Assembly (NCBI RefSeq): GCF_024298765.1 | Contig: NZ_CP101210.1 | Length of the DNA: 64,000 nt | Direction: 5' to 3' (one strand) | DNA from: Escherichia coli | Lineage (GTDB): Bacteria; Pseudomonadota; Gammaproteobacteria; Enterobacterales; Enterobacteriaceae | The notes under the pieces: model-generated | The model's database searches: none | What the model was told of the DNA's origin: nothing | Seen by the model: the letters and a program-made list of their open reading frames with translations, nothing else | Translations under genes and position numbers: made by a program | In this document: positions 61,178-64,000 of the stretch, one piece after another | How the letters are laid out: each line of letters starts with the position of its first letter | Numbering within the stretch: the first letter of the stretch is position 1

Positions 61178-62440
61178 TTATACCAGACATTTTTCATACA
61201 CTCCCTTGTACGGATAGTTTTCCGACAACTTCATGATTACATATCTTGCGGTTTTGATTATTTTTGCTGCAAGAAATACATACTTCAAACGAAAGGTCTT
61301 TATTTGCTGTCTGTATTCTGAAGAGTCCAAGGAATCAAACTTGAACAACAAAAATAGGTTATATGAAAGCATCATCATTTGAAACACGGCTTCATTCGCC
61401 CAAAATGACTTTAGCAAGAGATGACCCACCGCCATGTCGTATTTGGCTTCTTTGATATAGTTTTCAGCATTACCACGCTTTTCATAGTATATAACTACTT
61501 TTTCAGAAAGCAAGGTAGTATTTGTTACAAAGAAAAAGTAGTCGTATTCGGAACCTTCTAAAAGTGATAATTGTGCTCTTTCTTTTTCTGGTTTCAGTAC
61601 GCGAGATACGACAAATCTTCTGTCTTTTTCCCATTTAACTAATTTTGTATACAGTTCTGTAGTTTCTCTACCTTCTTCTCCTTTAACGAATACAATTGAT
61701 GAATTCGTTGCTTGTGAGGTGAGTGTAGAATAACTTTTGGCTTTAATTAAATATTTGCATCCAAGAGATTCTATCGTTTCGATAATTTTTTCATCAAAGT
61801 AGCCACTATCCATTCGAAATAAAATTTCTAAATCGTCTGATTTGATGTTAGCAACAATTTCTTTGATCATTTCCGCAGCACCGTTTGCAGTGTAAGTATT
61901 GCCACTTCTTACAAATCCGGTAACATATGCTTTTAATTCGTCGCAAAATGCAAATTGGATATTGTAGCATCGGTTTCCCAGTTTCTTAGGATTATATCCT
62001 TTTGACGCACCTTCTTGATGACCTTCTACGTTAATTACACTACTATCAATATCAATCGTAATGGATGTCAATTTACTTTTAGTGAGCAGTTTTTTAAAGA
62101 CTTTAAAATTAATGTCTCTAAACATTTGGGTTGTCTTGAAGTTGAAGTTTCCTAGAAACCGTGACACTGTTTCAGGTTCTTTTACGGAAATATCAAACTC
62201 GTTGACGAGGGGATCATTTTGAAGTAGCTTTAGACGTTCTAACTTATCAATGCCAATGAAGTGACCGCAGAGCATGGTCTTTATATGATTCATCTTGATT
62301 TTATTTGTTGAGTCATTATCAAATACGAGGTCATTTTCAATAAAATCAAAAATCCCATTGCTTTTTGCATTCTCAAGGAGCAGAAAAAGACCTGCATTTG
62401 ATGTTAGATTCTTAGCTTTGAAATCAATTTTATTAATCAT
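61178..62440 (-). CDS. tnpA: ISEcp1 transposase
   Basis: 420-aa ORF matching ISEcp1 transposase as recalled. Confidence 0.9.
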   Translation of the reverse strand: MINKIDFKAKNLTSNAGLFLLLENAKSNGIFDFIENDLVFDNDSTNKIKMNHIKTMLCGHFIGIDKLERLKLLQNDPLVNEFDISVKEPETVSRFLGNFNFKTTQMFRDINFKVFKKLLTKSKLTSITIDIDSSVINVEGHQEGASKGYNPKKLGNRCYNIQFAFCDELKAYVTGFVRSGNTYTANGAAEMIKEIVANIKSDDLEILFRMDSGYFDEKIIETIESLGCKYLIKAKSYSTLTSQATNSSIVFVKGEEGRETTELYTKLVKWEKDRRFVVSRVLKPEKERAQLSLLEGSEYDYFFFVTNTTLLSEKVVIYYEKRGNAENYIKEAKYDMAVGHLLLKSFWANEAVFQMMMLSYNLFLLFKFDSLDSSEYRQQIKTFRLKYVFLAAKIIKTARYVIMKLSENYPYKGVYEKCLV

Positions 62441-62627
62441 AATTAGAACCCCTTTTTACTACTTTTCTTACTATTATTTTACCATATATCGAGTCATAAA
62501 AGCTGATAATTTAACATATTTTTGAGCACTTTTCTTTCACCCAATGGGTGAAAGCTGAATTTCGAAGGAATGCATATTTATCAAGGCTTTGATTATGCTT
62601 TTTGAAGTACTGACGTAGAATCTAGGT

Positions 62628-63488
62628 TTGATTGATATCCTTGTTGAATTACAAAATTATGGCGTGGTCAGTCGCTATAATTTGATGAAAAAATACAACA
62701 TCACTGAGCGAACAGCATATCGTGATCTGAATATGCTTTCTCCCTTTATTGAAGCCTGTGGCGATGGAAAATACCGGCTTATTTCGGCAAGAGCAGGAAA
62801 CCAGAGCAAAGAATCACTGCACAAATCTCTGGCCAGGTTACTGGATACTGATGCGATTTTTCCTGAACGGGATGAAGGTTTCTGGCAGAAATTAGAAAAC
62901 AGGGCAACCGAAAGGCATATTCGTGTTCAGTTTCATAACCCTGAGCACACCATCAGGGATGATTTAAGAAAATATCTTGATGTTCTTGAAAAAGCGATCT
63001 GCAACAGTAATGTTTGCCAGATTGCATATGCCGGTAAGACCAGAATCGTTCATCCCTATAAATTAACTAATCAGAGAGGTATATGGTATTTGCTGGCTAC
63101 TGAAGAGAACAAGTTAAAGTCGTTTTCATTAGCTAAAATAAAATGGCTGGATATAAAAAAAGAAAAGTTTGCAAAGAGTGATGAAATCCAGTCACTGGTA
63201 AGTGAGTCATGTGACCCGTGGGTGAGCGACAAAACATTTGATGTTGTGTTGTTCATTTACAGTAATATCGCCCATTATTTTTTGCGACGGGACTTACTTC
63301 CTTACCAGCAATTGCTACACAAACATGACAATGGCATTACGCTGTCATGCAAGGCTGCACATAAAAATCAAATTGTCCCGTTGATTTTATACTGGCTACC
63401 GAATGTTGAAATTATTGAACCAGTATGGCTGAAAGAAGCCGTGTTAACAATGTTAGGAAAATACCTTACTGCTGAGAATGTTTCCTGA
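62628..63488 (+). pseudogene. WYL-domain transcriptional regulator, 5-prime end removed by ISEcp1 insertion
   Basis: HTH (YNITERTAYRDLNML) and WYL motif (RGIWYLLA); ORF begins 2 bp after the ISEcp1 inverted repeat with no ATG. Confidence 0.6.
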
Positions 63489-63536
63489 AATATTTCAGTT
63501 GACTGATGATAAAGCAATCTGTACAGGAGGAAAAGA

Positions 63537-64000
63537 ATGGCGTTACCTTTTATTATTTTGGGTGTGGCTGCCGGCGCTGCGGCATTCGGCGGAAAAAAAG
63601 CTTACGATGGATATCAAAAAAAGTCAGAAGCAGAGGATATCCTCGAAAAAGCAAAAGAGCGTTACGAGGAGCATAAAGAAAAATTTGAGCAGGCTGAAGC
63701 TCAGACATCATCAAAATTAACAACGCTCGGAAATAAAGAGCTTGAGATTGGTAAAGATTTCAGTGAGTTCGACAGGATTGCTGCTGAGCTCCTGGCGCGT
63801 CTGGAAAAAGAGGGCAATAAAGACCTGAAACTGAGTGTCCCGCAACATAACATCAATAAGATTCAGAACCTGGCCATTTCAGCGACAGAATATCTCAGTA
63901 CGGTCGTTGCTGCCGGAGTTTCCGGGGCTGCTGCGGGTTTTGCTGTGTATAGCGGAGTGATGGCATTTGCTGCGGCTTCTACAGGTACACCCATTGCAGC
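63537..64000 (+). CDS. hypothetical protein (N-terminal hydrophobic segment, coiled coil), partial, runs off window
   Basis: AGGAGG RBS then ATG at 63537; open frame to window end (MALPFIILGVAAGAAAFGG...); absent from ORF track because no stop. Confidence 0.5.
   Translation, partial: MALPFIILGVAAGAAAFGGKKAYDGYQKKSEAEDILEKAKERYEEHKEKFEQAEAQTSSKLTTLGNKELEIGKDFSEFDRIAAELLARLEKEGNKDLKLSVPQHNINKIQNLAISATEYLSTVVAAGVSGAAAGFAVYSGVMAFAAASTGTPIA

Larger units (their letters stand above)
59633..62626 (-). mobile_element. ISEcp1: ISEcp1 (IS1380 family) interrupted by IS10
   Basis: Ends CCTAGATTCTACGTCAGTACTTC (62626) and ACACACGTGGAATTTAGG (59633); 2994 bp = 1656 + 1329 + 9-bp duplication. Confidence 0.9.

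Overview
Mosaic enterobacterial accessory region (E. coli/Klebsiella-like), built from island remnants joined by many insertion sequences. All family assignments are from reading the translated ORFs and IS ends by eye; no database search was run. Left to right: (1) a CP4-57-type island remnant on the minus strand (DUF987, RadC-like, KlcA-like antirestriction, DUF932, DUF905, secreted protein, WYL regulator, YfjP-like GTPase), an AT-rich 376-aa unknown, and a Gp2-like gene cut by IS1; (2) a Type I restriction-modification operon hsdM-hsdS-hsdR followed by two extra genes (4-TM membrane protein and a 280-aa acidic protein), all joined by overlapping TAATG stop/start junctions, then a RhuM-family gene; this coupled two-gene module is the best candidate for an undescribed or Kiwa-like defence system; (3) degenerate IS3-like remnants, a 224-aa unknown, and an IS629-like element split by a group II intron with intact reverse transcriptase; (4) yjhC/yjhB-like genes with a NanR-type GGTATA operator, an IS66 tnpC fragment, a sulfatase-like gene and IS5; (5) a second island remnant (two Gp2-like genes, AlpA) fused to a type VI secretion remnant (tssF', tssG'), then two truncated IS66-family elements; (6) an MFS-RidA-sugar phosphate isomerase operon with YheO-like regulator, and a complete scrKYABR sucrose regulon with palindromic operators; (7) an H-NS paralogue and an outer-membrane beta-barrel gene; (8) an ISEcp1::IS10 - blaCTX-M (CTX-M-9 group, CTX-M-14-like) - truncated IS903 resistance unit inserted into a WYL regulator gene. 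No rRNA, tRNA or CRISPR array was recognised.
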